Source of the DNA: Prorocentrum cordatum
Lineage: Eukaryota
Assembly (NCBI GenBank): GCA_963575745.1
Contig: CAUYUJ010000270.1
Location: forward strand, 620,001 to 663,024
Direction: 5' to 3'
Length of the DNA stretch: 43,024 nucleotides
The position numbers and the translations under genes were made by a program. Shown here piece after piece: positions 1-11,099 of the stretch. The notes beneath the pieces were generated by a model. That model was not told where the DNA came from. It did no database searches and saw only the letters and a program-made list of their open reading frames with translations. Position 1 is the stretch's first letter. Each line of letters opens with the position of its first letter.

Positions 1-270
1 GTAGGCGTCTTCGATATGTCAATGCTGCGCCCGATCGCGCTGTACTATCCTGTGCGCTGGCTGGTGCGGCACGAATTCACACACAGGCTGGAACAATCCG
101 ATAGCAGATGCGCCGGCATGCCCAAAACCGCGGAGAGGCTGGTACACCCAAAGTTGCACTTGAACGTCGGTCAGTAAATTGTCGGGTGGATGGGCTGGCA
201 CGTCCAAACCCTGTCCTGCCAACATGGCCGAAACTCGGGGCGGGAATGCGGGCAAGTATTGCCCCTCGCC
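1..270 (-). pseudogene. Possible very degraded non-LTR reverse-transcriptase fragment inside a channel-gene intron
   Basis: Minus-strand fragments PEFRP, LLTDVQ...GFG and (D)IEDAY loosely recall the LINE RT motifs YRPI, QxGFR and DxxKAYD, but are broken by stops and frameshifts. Confidence 0.25.
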
Positions 271-279
271 CGCAGTGCG

Positions 280-480
280 GCCCGAGGGCCCTCTCCGACA
301 AGATGGCCCCGAAGACCCCAGTATGCCCACAAGAGGCCCCAACAAAAACCGTCAGGGAGGCCCAAAAGGCCCCCAGGAACGTTCAACAGGCTTCCAGGAG
401 GCCGCCCCCGAGGATTCCAAGAGCCCCCCCACGAAGCCCCGCAACAGTCACCAAGAGACTTCAACAAGGGCTCGTCATCG
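280..480. repeat. Degenerate ~11-bp CCAAGAGGGCC-type repeat patch
   Basis: Recurrent (C)CAAGA(G/T)GGCCCC-like words; similar patches at ~38255-38330, 40375-40500 and 42900-43024. Confidence 0.5.
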
Positions 481-644
481 TCAACCTCCTCATCCTTCTC
501 CTCCTCCTCCTCCTCCTCCTCTTTTCGTCCTGGGCCCTCGGGCCCGCGCCGCACGCAGCAACTGCACCTCATACATAAAACTGATACGCACCATCGGTTT
601 CTATCCATCCTCTTCTGGTATGGGGTCGGCGGAATGACGCAAAC

Positions 645-2532
645 CATCTGAATCACCCAGTGCACGGAGAAGATGTACTGCTCGGAGAGCGTCGCAGACT
701 CCATGAGCGCTTCATCAGAAACCCATCCAGAGCTGCTGGCTTGGCCCACGCCGTACCAAATGCACGCGATGATGTGAATGCCGACGCATAGCCCAGCAGT
801 CAACTTCAAAATGTTGACGACGATTGTGAGCCCGTCGGAGGCGTACTGCAACATATCATTGAGCATGTGAGAGAGTCGGCCAAGTCTAAGCAGACGAAGC
901 ACGCGCACAAACCGCAGTGCCCGCATGACTGGTATCGCCGTGAGGGCGGTGCTGTCCTTCTGTGAGACCACAAGCCAGTCTGACATGAGTATCAAGACGT
1001 CGAAGCAAAACCAAGAGTGGAGATATGCCAACGCGACAAGCTTGGGCCTCATCTCGATAGAGCCCTCCTTGTGGAAGCCAGTCACGAACGACAGCGGGAT
1101 ATCGAAGGTCCAGAAAAATCGAGCGACCCAGTCGAAGAATACGATCAAACCTGGGACACGGCTGAAGCTGTAGAAAGTGTACAGAGGCACGGTTATCGTG
1201 TCGTATGCAATCAGAAGAAGACTCAGAAAGCTCCAAAGTGTCCCAAACCACCGCGAGGGATGCACCATCAGCCACTCTGACACGAAACCTGACGACCTGA
1301 ACACGACCACATCACAATCAGTCAGCTCCTCAAAGATCCTTGAGCTCGAGTTGATCTTGCGCAGCTCCAGGCTGGCCTCCTGGGGGTCGGCGAGGTGGAA
1401 GATCGGCACAACGCTCACCTGAGGGACAAAACCACCACCAACAGCGCGAGGCGCCAGGGTCCCCCTGGTGATGTGGTCCCCCTCCCCGCTCGAGACATTG
1501 CCCATCCCCAGCTCGGGGAACCATCGTGGACCTCCTCGATGGTGGCGGCACCCCTGGTGGTGGTGGTGGTGGTGTCGCTTCTACTTCCTCCGGGCAGAGG
1601 AGGGGCGGCGGCAGCAACAGCAGCAAGGGCACGGGGCAGGGGAGAAGGCGGAGGTGAGGGGCAGCGTCAGTGGGGGACAGTCTACGGGGGGGGGGGAATG
1701 TCGAGCTCGAATCGGCGATGCATCGACGATGGGTCGGTACTTTGCCCCCGACAGCGAATCTCGCAGGTTCCTGGGCGCAGGTGTGGCTGTCGGGCCTCCC
1801 ATCGGCGGTGAAGTGGAAATCGGGGCCGATGCGCTCCCCCCCAGGAGACGATCCCCCCCTGACATTGCCCCTGACACTCCGCTCCCTGACCACAAGTCGG
1901 GCCTCTGGCGGCCGTTCGGGGCGATCCGGGCAGCCCTGGACGCCCCTCGGCAAGGCGAAGCTGCCGGAAAGCACCCCACGGCTGGAATGCCGCCGAGACA
2001 TGACGAAAACGCGCGGAAACCTCAAATTTCGAACCTCGAAAGCTCGCCCCCCCCCTATCACCCAGCTCTCCAAGACGCTGAAAGTTGGACAGCTCGAGGC
2101 CGCCGACTCGCTCGTCTCCAGCGTGCCCAGCGACATGCGGCCCGACGTCGGCACCTGCTCCGGGCCTTCGGAGAGGTAGCTCTGCTCGGCAACCACCTCC
2201 GAGCGAGAGGGCTCGGACTCCAGCACGGACAACTTCTCAAAGACGTTCACCGTCTCGCTCTCGCGCCGCTGGTCGTCGAGCTCCCGCCTGCGCAGGATGG
2301 CTGAAGGTCGAATCGGGGCATCAGAGCGGCGGTCGAAACACACAGAATCGGTCAACGCAGTCGCGAAAAACAACCCCGTGAAACCCTTGATATCAAAACC
2401 CTCCTGCCTGTGCTGGTCAAGCAGGCGGGCCCTCAGCGAGTCGAGCTCCATCAGGAGGCCCTCGAAGCCAAGAGCCACAAGATTCTCGCTCGCCCGCGCG
2501 CGCGCCTCCACCTTTGGGGAATGTTCCGCCAT
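645..2532 (-). CDS. Cyclic-nucleotide-gated/KCNH-type 6TM cation channel, 5' exons (gene continues left of ~645)
   Basis: The exon at ~1418-645 encodes S1 (LWSFLSLLLIAYDTITVPL), S2-S3 (FWTFDIPLSFVTGF...YLHSWFCFDVL), the S4 voltage sensor (MRALRFVRVLRLLRLGRL), S5 (HIIACIWYGVG) and the pore helix (QYIFSVHW). Upstream exons are inferred at 2532-2408 (MAEHSPK...LLDQHR) and 2287-~2062. Exact junctions are inferred. Confidence 0.8.
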
Positions 2533-2573
2533 GGCCGAGTCACTCGAGGCATCAGACAACCCACAGATGGCGG

Positions 2574-2632
2574 CTTGAGCCCAAGGCACAGTCACCCCGG
2601 TCAAAAGCATGAGCCCCTTCGCCAGAGGCTAC
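2574..2632 (-). other. Tandem spliced-leader relics upstream of the channel ATG
   Basis: Minus strand reads GTAGCCTCTGGCGAAG (2632-2617) and GCCTTGGGCTCAAG (2587-2574), versus DinoSL CCGTAGCCATTTTGGCTCAAG. Confidence 0.55.
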
Positions 2633-3839
2633 AAGCCCAAACGAAGAGCGCGCCAAAAAGGATGACCCCGCAACGAAGAACATGAGTGTACCCGCACGCT
2701 GCTGCTGCGCGCGCGCACGTCTGCAGTGGACACATGAGCCAGCGCAGATCAGAACAATTGCCCGCGGCTCCGCCCCCATGCTTGCGCCCACCCCGCGTTG
2801 CTGGTACACTGCGCGGTGATCGTTGATCGCACGAGCCCAGCCAGCCCGCTCGGGCCCCCAGCGTTAGGTCGGCTGTGTCCCCCTACAAGGGGATTTTGGA
2901 CGAAAAATAAGAAATAGTCAAGCAATACCCCCAAATGGTCAAACAATTACTCCAAAAATAGTCCCCAGACTATTTTTTGACTATTTTTGAACATTCCTCC
3001 TGTAGAGGGACAGGCCCGACTGAACCCCAGCGCCCCGCGGCCCATCACCTCGGCTGAAATACACGAGTGGGCACCAAAGCACGCAAGAAACAAACCGGCG
3101 TCGGAGGCCCTGGGGAGGAGGTCGAGGAGCAAGCGAAGGAAGAGGTGAGGATCGGGCGGGGGATGTCGAAGGAGACGATGGTGAAGAGGGCGGGGATGAG
3201 GCTGACGATTATGGAAAAAAAGGTGGTGATGACGATTCGGAGGTGGACAAGCACTGGAGATGAAAGCATGCGGAGCAGATTCGGGGCAAGGGGAAGGAGG
3301 ATCATAGAACCGCTTGGGTTGAGCCCAAGTTATGCTTCAAATCACGTGTTGCCTCCGTGTTGTAACCAAAGTCGACTCCCAAAGCAAAACGGTTCTCTGA
3401 GGGGGAAGGAATGAGGGAGCCGTGGACGAGGCCCTCCTCCTCTCTCCTCCCTCTCAATTCCCTCCTTCCTTCATCCTCCCTGATGTCTCACACCTCCTCC
3501 CTGTGGCCTCCTGTCCCCCCCCCCTCCCTTCTCGCTCATCCTTCCTCCATCCCCCTCTTCCCTCTCCGCTTCCCCTCAAGCAACCCAGGCCCAGAGTTCC
3601 CTTGCCCCGGCCGGCTCCAGGACCTCCGCGCGGTGCTTGGGGGATCTCGTCGCAGCTGTCGGATGTTCGACCGCCTTTGACGTTAACAAACACTGGAGTT
3701 TCAAGCGGTGCTACGGGATGGGTGCCAGAGAGTCGCGGCCAAGGCCCACCCCGAAGGAGCGCAAAACCCGGCGGGCATGGGCACAGTGGTCGGCTGAGCG
3801 AGCCATCCACCGCCTCACCCGCGAGGTGGAGCAGCTCGG

Positions 3840-4820
3840 CAAGATGCAGTATGTGGACCCCAACGTCGTCAGCTACAGCGTTGGGAGCAGCGAGTGGGAA
3901 CAATATGGACAGTGGGATCCTCCGCAGGACACGGCAAGAACGTGGAGTCAGAATGGCAGTGGCAGCAGCGAGGAGAGCCGGAAGCGAAGCACGATCCCAA
4001 TGCCATCAGCTACAACGACGGGAGTGTGTCGCACGACGCGAAGGTCGATCCCGACGTCGCCAGCCACAGAACCGTGGACAACACATGCGAGAATTCTGGA
4101 ATGGCGGCACTGGCAGTGACGAAGTACGAGCCCGATGCCATCAGCTACAACGACGAGGCTGTGTTAGCTGACGCGAAGGTCGACTCCGACGCCATCAGCT
4201 AAAGACCCGTGGGCGACACATGCGTGAAGTCTGGGATGGCGGCAGTGGCGGAGACGAAGCACGAGCACAATGCCATCAGCTACAACGACGGGGTTGCGTC
4301 GCGTGACGCCAAGGTCAAGCCCGACGTCATCAGCTACAGACCCGAGGACGGTGCATGCGAGAAGTCTTGGATGGTGGCAGTGGCGGAAGCAAAGCACCAG
4401 CCCAATGGCATCAGCTACAACGACGGTGCATGCGAGAAGACTTGGATGGCGGTAGTGTCAGTGACGAAGCACGAGTCCCATGCCATCAGCTACAACGACG
4501 AGGCTGTGTCGCGTGACGGGAAGGCCGAGCCAGACGTCATCAGCTACAGACCCGAGTACGGTGCATGCGAGAAGTCTTGGATAGCGGCAGTGGCAGTGAC
4601 GAAGCACGAGGCCCATGCCATCAGCTACAACGACGAGGCTGTGTCGCATGACGGGAAGGCCGAGCCAGACGTCATCAGCTACAGACCCGAGTACGGTGCA
4701 TGCGAGAAGTCTTGGATGGCGGCAGTGGCGGAGACGAAGCACGAGCCCATGCCATCAGCTACAATGACGGGGGCCGGACGCGCGGTGCGAAGTCGAGCCC
4801 GACGTCGTCAGCTACAGAAT
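3840..4820 (+). pseudogene. Pentatricopeptide-repeat (PPR)-derived tandem array, 135-bp unit
   Basis: Translations DPNVVSYS...GQW and PDVISY...GACEKSW match the dinoflagellate PPR consensus PDVISYNAAISACEKGGQW. GCCATCAGC recurs at 4002, 4137, 4272, 4482, 4617 and 4751. There is an in-frame stop at ~4200 and frameshifts. Confidence 0.75.
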
Positions 4821-4853
4821 TGAAAATTACCCTGGCGACGTACCCAACCCCTG

Positions 4854-5085
4854 TTTGAAACCTGATATGCTCTCTCTGCTGTCGGGCTGGGCGCAGCTCC
4901 TTTTTTCCTCGAAGCCGAGAAGCGCCACAGGCTGGCGCCGATCCCGGGCGCAGGCCGCCCGGCACAGCTGAAACCTGGGGCCCCAGGCTTGGGCCCGCAG
5001 TAGTTGCGGGAGCACGGGAGATGGGCAGAGGAAGAGCAGAGAGGAAATGGATAGGCGGATTGAGGCGAGCCTGGAAATCTTCACA
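4854..5085 (-). repeat. 3' LTR of copia element
   Basis: Direct repeat of 12595-12824 (about 16 substitutions plus a 2-nt indel by hand count, ~92% identity). On the - strand it is preceded by a short purine-rich GAGGGCG; the outer flank is CCCTG at 4849-4853. Confidence 0.95.
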
Positions 5086-5122
5086 CGCCCTCGAAAGGAG
5101 ACGCCGAAAACCGCCTGGCTCC

Positions 5123-5830
5123 TCAATCTGCGATGTCCCGCATCTCACTAGCTCTCACGAGTTTGTCATTATGCCTCTTCTCCGTCTTCCTTGAATCGAT
5201 GGCGGTCTTGCGGCTAGCACGTTGCATGCTCTTCCTCATCTTTAGCGCCGCCGCCGCCGGGCCCTGCACCGAGCGCCACTTGGCCTCCCGCGGCACTTTA
5301 TACAGGTAGACCTTGCCCACCCCTAGCTTCGCCAGCACGTCGGCGATATTCTGCGAGCCGTCGATCCACCTGAGGCGGGTGTCCTCGCAGCGCAACACCT
5401 CTCTGAGCAGAGCGCCCTCGATCGCCATCCTCTTGTCCTTGCTCTTCGTCGAGCCCTCCTTCGTGAGGCGGTCGTAGACGGACTTCGCGTCCGTCGCCCA
5501 GAAGCGGGGAAGCCGCTGCACCTCCCCCTGCCAATTGAGCAAGTCCACCGAGACATTCATCGCCTCTCTGAACAGCACCGCCGCCCAGTCGACGGCCTCC
5601 ACTGCGTCTACCAGGTGACTGGCCTCTGCCGCCAAGGTCGAGCGGCGCACTCGCTGAGTCATGCCACTCTTCCAGTCCAGCGCCGCCGCTGGTGCCTGAT
5701 GTCCGGCCAAGATGCTGCCGGTCGTGAGGAGCACCACGTGGCCGCCTCAGCACTTGTAGCGCTCGATGTCGTCGTGCTCTGGGCCATTCGCATGGCCCGC
5801 GTCCACGGCCGCGCCGGCCGCAGCGCTGGA
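5123..5830 (-). CDS. Copia RNase H (frameshifted)
   Basis: AVDAGHAN; WKS...RVRRSTLAAEA; TDAKSVYD; RWIDGSQNIADVLAK. Confidence 0.9.
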
Positions 5831-7010
5831 CAGCCTCAAGTTGGCCGGGTAGACCAACGCGACCTCGGCGCCCTTCTTGGCCTCGGACACCGCCAGGTTC
5901 GCCTTCACCAGGTCCGCCACACACGGGGCCGCTCGGGCCCTCTGCAGCTCGCCCGCGAGGAAGGCCAGGTCGAGTCGGCACTGTCGACCTAGCCAGCCGG
6001 TCTCGCCGGAGACCCGCAGCAACTCCTTCGCCTCGTCCTCGTTCAGGTCCTCTTGCAACTGCTTCCTCCAGGCTGCCGGGATCTTGATCGGCTTGAGGGA
6101 AGTCGCGTAGTTCACCATCTTAACCACGAAACAACTCGGATAACTCGAGAACTCCCGGCCGCGGAAGGTGAAGGGCAGCTCGTTCCACTTCCGCTGGAAC
6201 GTGCCCAGGACCTTCAGCGGGAGGTCCGGCAGCTGCATGTCCTTCATCCTCGCCACCAACACGTCGTCAACGTGCGAGACCGCCATGCCCTTCAGCTGCC
6301 CGTCCATGCGCTTGTAGAAGAGAGCCGGCTCCAGGCGCGATCGAAGCCAACCGTCGGCCAGCAAGGCATCACGCAGCGCTAGCCAGAATAGCCTCGCTGC
6401 CTCCGCGAAGCCGTAGATGGCCTTGCGGGCCCTCAACAGCTGGCCCGGGACAAGGCCAGGTGGGCCCCCTCGGGGCTGCTCCAGGTAGACCTCGCGCTGC
6501 AGGTCCTGCCCATTGAAATAGGCGTTCTTGACGTCGCCCAGGGAGAGGGCCATGCCCATGGCCGCCGCCAGCGTCAGGAGCATCGCCTCCGCCAGTCGCG
6601 AGGCAGCGGGGGCGTCCCGCCTGAACATGCCCAGCAAGCGGTCGCGAAAGCCCACCACGGCCAGGCGGCTCTTCGCGAGCAGCGGCAGAGGGGCTCCGGC
6701 CTCATCGTACTTCCCGTCGTTCTTGTCCGTGTCCACCCAGCGCATCGGGATGATGATGTTGGCCTTGTCCGAGCGAAGCGCCTCGCTCTCATCTGGCGGG
6801 ACCGGCTCGGCTGCGTCGAAGTCCTGCCAGGAGCGCCACTCTGCGTCGCGGCTGCCACCTCGATCCAGGAACACCCGGCGCTGCTCCTCCGGAAGGCTGC
6901 CGAGCTTGATCTCCCTCCTCCCAGGCTTCTGCGTCAGGAAAGCGTGCTCGAACTCGTTCCGCGTCAGCCCGAAGATGAACTCCTCCCTGCCGATGCCCTC
7001 CTGGACAAAA
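5831..7010 (-). CDS. Copia reverse transcriptase (RVT_2 type)
   Basis: IPMRWVDTDK, AKSRLAVVGFRD, GDVKNAYFNG, KAIYGFAEAARLFW, EPALF, and catalytic HVDD. Confidence 0.95.
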
Positions 7011-7649
7011 AAAGGCCTCGTCCTGCTGGTACGTCTCCAAGCCTGCCTCCGAGAACTCGCCCAGGTCGTTGTCCAACACGAACGCCGCCGAGTCCATGGG
7101 CGCCTGGGAGCTGGATCCTGCAGTCCCCTGTCGGATTGAGACAGGGACATCATCCAGCAGGCGCCGACGCTTAGCCTCTCGCTCCCGGCGCTCCTCCGCC
7201 TCCTCTTCCTCCAGGAGGCTCCCTGGGCGCCTGCGCCGAGAGGCTCTCGGCTCGGGCTCCGAGTGCACCCCGTGGGTGTCTGGGTGCCAGCCGTCGTCGT
7301 CGTCCCTCATGATATCCTGCGTCGCTGCGTCAAACTCCGCCGCGTCGAAATCCAAGTCGGGCGGCGCGGGCACGTCCTCAGCCCCACTGCTGGGGCTGGC
7401 GCCGCGGGCGGCTCGGGCGCGGCTGGCGCCGCGCGGGGAGCCTCCGGCTCGGGCGGGGCCGGGGCGGGCTGCGGCTCCTCCGGCACCTCCGCCTGCGGCC
7501 CGACGTCCATGCCGCTCTCGTCGCCCTGCTCGGCGGGCTCCTGCCCCGCCGCTGCGGGGGGCTTGGGCCGGCCTCGCAGGTCCACGAAGCCGCTGCCGCC
7601 ACTGACGGGCGTGTCGTGCACCAGCTCCTGCTCCTGCTCCTGCGCAATC

Positions 7650-8760
7650 GATCTCCAGGCGTGGATCTCGTGGCCCGTCGCTGCGGCCAGGTGCTCCGGG
7701 CTCGCAAGCACGGTGAGGCCACGGAAGGCGAGCCACACTCCATGCCGGCCCTCATGGCCGATCACACGCGCCAGCCCTCGCCAGTTGCCTGGATGCTCAG
7801 GCCGATGCTGATGCTTGGCTGGCTGCGCCTGGTCGTAGAAGAGCACCCACTGGCCCGCAAGGAACGGCCCCCTCGTCGGTCGTATTTGTCGAAGCTCCGC
7901 TCGTCGAAGTCGATCCTCCGTGTCGGTCTGGATGAAGGCCATCCTGCACTGGGTCCTGATCTCAACCTTGCGGGCGAAGCGCGAGCCCGGCGTAGCCGCT
8001 GCCACCTGCTCGCCCACGCGCTCCACCTCGGCGTCGTCCGCGAGGCTCGCCAGGAGGCGAACGTCCCGGCCGAGGACCCAGAGGTAGGGGCTGAAGCCAG
8101 CCCGCCGGGAGAACGTGTTCTTCGCCCTGTTGCACTTCGTCACTGCCGTCCTCATCTCCTCAAGGCCCGCCACCTGCTTGTCGTGCACCACCCTCGTGAG
8201 CATCGAATTCCAGATGCCGTCGCGACGCTCCATCTTGCCGATGTGCCACGGCGAAGCCAGAGCGGCCGAGTCCAGGCGCACGCCCTCCTGCTCCAGGTAG
8301 TCCGCGAACTCGCCTAGGAAGGACCGCGCGCGGTCCATCATGATCGCCTCCTCCGGTTGGCCAGCCCAGGAGACCCAGCAGAGCTCGTAGAACTTCCTAA
8401 CCTCCGAGGCCTTGGGGTTCTTGCGAGTGTCCTCCAGCAGGCAGACCACGTGGAAATTCGTCCCCATACACATGACGCCCAGGAACTCCCAGTTGTTGCC
8501 GGCGCTGTCGACGTTCTCGAAGCAGTCCATCGCGAGCAGCACGTTAAACTCGTCGACCCTCGGGAGCTGGCTCGGGCGCGGGATGCCGGGTCGCTGCGCT
8601 CGCCGGCAGCTCTCGCAGACGAAGAGCCTCGCCGCCTTCAGCGCCAGCGCCGTCGCCTTGCCCAGGCGCAGCGCACTGAGCAGCGCTGGTCGCGAGGGGT
8701 GCCCGAGGTTCACGTGCGCCCTCTCGATCGCCCTCTTGACGGCCCTCGGCAACAGCTCCC
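7650..8760 (-). CDS. Copia integrase
   Basis: HHCC (RAHVNLGHP...CESC), DDE core (LAMDCF / IMMDRARSF / GKMERRDG), FSPYLWVLGR, and an SH3-like tail (GQWVLFY...WRGLARVIG). Confidence 0.92.
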
Positions 8761-9519
8761 GGCGTCGCTTCCTCTCCCGCGAGGCGTCCCGCTGCTGTGC
8801 AGCAGCCGGCCCCTCGGGCAGGTCGCCACGCTCGTAGCCTGCGAAGTAGAAGACCACAACGTCGTTCTCGAGTAGATGTCTCGGCAACCAGCGCCGCCGT
8901 GCCTGCAGGGACTGCTGCGACCAGTCCTCGAAGTCTAGCCTGAAGAGCTGGTCGCCCTTGAGCGCGGTGACCATCCTGAGCGGGGCGTCTGCGGCGTGCA
9001 GCTGCGGCTGCACCGTCTGGGGCCGCTGACCTCCGCGTCTGGCCTTCACCATCTTCAGCGGCTCGCTGATGACTCCTCCCAGCTCCTCCAGGAAGAGGTC
9101 CGAGCCCCAGATGATCGTCTCGATATCATCGCCCATCTTCTCCAGCAGCCTCCTGTGCCAGCTCCGAAACGCGTCCAGCTCAGCACGCAGCTCCACCGTC
9201 AACAGCTCGAACTCGCCGTGTTGCGCACGCCGCCCCCGGCGAAAGCCCAGCGGGCGTCCGCCGGGAGGCGCGCCGCGCTCGCGGCGAGCAAGCGCTCGGC
9301 TGCGCCTGGGCCCAGCGGGCACCTCGGCCGGTGCCTCTGGGGCCTCCGCCGCCGCCTCGGCAGGCGGCGCGTCCTCTCCGAGAGGCGGGCCCTCCTGGTG
9401 CACCTCCTCTGGCACAGGCTCTCCCCGCGGCGGGCTCCGCGATCGCGAACGCTCGCGAGGGAAAGCATCCTCCACCAGGAAGGCCGCATCCATGACCAGC
9501 GAGCTGCGGTAGTCGATCT

Positions 9520-10175
9520 GCATCTGCTGGAGCACGCCGCGACAGAAGGCCTTCGCGAGGCCCACAGGGTAGCTGCCGCCTGCTGCGCCCTTAGCCACCC
9601 GAGTTCCTCCCGAGCAACTGCTGGTGGGCGCCGGGCGGACATGTGCTGTGCTTGCTCAGGTGGTTCGCCACCGCCGCGCTGTTCGTGACCCACCCTGTCG
9701 GCTTCATGATCGGCTTGCCCGTGTCTTTGTCGCAGGCTCCGTGGGCGCATTGATCTCCACGCACAAACACAACGCCTTCCAAATCCCACAAACGTATCAG
9801 GATGTCATCGTACTTCCAAGAAAGTGCTGTCAACGGCTGCTCTATCAAGACATACCGTCCTCTCCCATGCACGCATCGAGATACCCGCCGAACAAGCAGA
9901 AAATAACGGCGAGCACTCCTGCGGACTTCCCCCCAGTCGGTGAGCTTGTTCATGTTGGTCATCAGGGACCACGGATGACAAGGAAAAGCCAGCACTGTGA
10001 CGTAAGGCCAGTGCAGGTCGAGGATCCAGTAGAGCAAGGCCCGTCCAGGGCCCTTGAGCAGGTCGTAGTCGGGGGAGTGGTCCACATCCAACGGCTGAGA
10101 CTGCATCCAACCGTACTCCTTCGCACCGTAGCGCGTCAGGATGTGCTCATCACCGAACGGCTCAAACACCACCGT
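9520..10175 (-). CDS. C5 cytosine methyltransferase-like domain within copia pol
   Basis: Motif order VFEPFG (I), PLD (II), LAFPCHPWS (IV, catalytic PC), VLIEQP (VI), DQCAHG...KPTGWVTN (VIII region) and YPVGLAKAFC (X, after a frameshift at ~9595). Confidence 0.7.
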
Positions 10176-10540
10176 CGTCTGGAAGTCGGCGGTCACGAAA
10201 CGCTCCGCCTCGAACCTCGGCCGAAGTAGCTCTCCTCGTAGGCGTCGATCCTCTCCGCGAAGCTCTCGCCGGGTGGACTCGAGCTTCTTCCGAGTCGCCT
10301 TGGAGAGGATCCCTGTCGCATCGGTGGCGAGCGCGCCGCGATCCTTCGACGGGAAGGCGTGGCCAACCTCCTCCTCGACCCGGATTTCCTCGCCGTCGGA
10401 GCCCTCGAAGGCCGACTCCTTCTGCGCCTGCGCGAAGAAGAACTCCGAGCCCCGATTCTCCGGGGCCGCCGTCGCGGGCCCCGAACGTCGCGGGCCCCGA
10501 ACTCGAAGTCACTGCCGATCGGTGACCATCACCACCCCAG

Positions 10541-10960
10541 TCATCGAGTCAAACTGCCAAGTGACCGCCCACCTTGAGCAGCTGCACGTCCACCGCGAGC
10601 GTGCAGCTCCATCCGCATCTCCTTCAGGTGGAGCACGGCGCCCAGCGCCTCCTGCGACGCCAGGCTGACCAAGAGCGGGGTGTCGCAGTCCTCCATCTCC
10701 GCGCTGAAGATCACCCCGCGGCGGCCGCCGAGGGCGACCAGGATCTCGACCACGCGCCCCTCCTGCCTCTTGCCGAAGGCCGAGGAGAAGCTCCTCGAGC
10801 GGCCCGTCATCTTGATCTCCAGGCCACGGGGGTGCAAGCACCTCTTCTCGAACAACTCCCGCCAGCGCTTGCCGTGCGTACATCTTGCGCAACCGGTGTC
10901 GATGAGCGCCACTAGTACGTCAGACGAGTCACTGTCTTCACTCACCATAAGCACCATCTC
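10541..10960 (-). CDS. Retropepsin-like aspartic protease of copia
   Basis: ALIDTGCARCTHG active-site motif; TPLLVS...ALGAVL C-terminal motif. Confidence 0.85.
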   Translation of the reverse strand, partial: EMVLMVSEDSDSSDVLVALIDTGCARCTHGKRWRELFEKRCLHPRGLEIKMTGRSRSFSSAFGKRQEGRVVEILVALGGRRGVIFSAEMEDCDTPLLVSLASQEALGAVLHLKEMRMELHARGGRAAAQGGRSLGSLTR

Positions 10961-11099
10961 CAAAGATCCTTCCCCGGGTAATGGGCGCACATGGCGCCCA
11001 CGATGGGGCCCCTCTGGGCCCCGGGGTGGAGGGTGCTCAAGCCGAAGACGGCGGCGGCCGCGCCTCGCGCAGCCGCTGCTCGCCCTCGTTGTAGTTCAG

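Noticed and set aside
3314..3329. TTGGG-TTGAG-CCCAA hairpin / SL-like word
   Set aside because: Too short and without supporting context.
4852..4853. Canonical CA end for the 3' LTR (TG at 4852)
   Set aside because: It is not shared by the 5' LTR and it destroys the 5-bp TSD match; the TG belongs to the CCCTG duplication.
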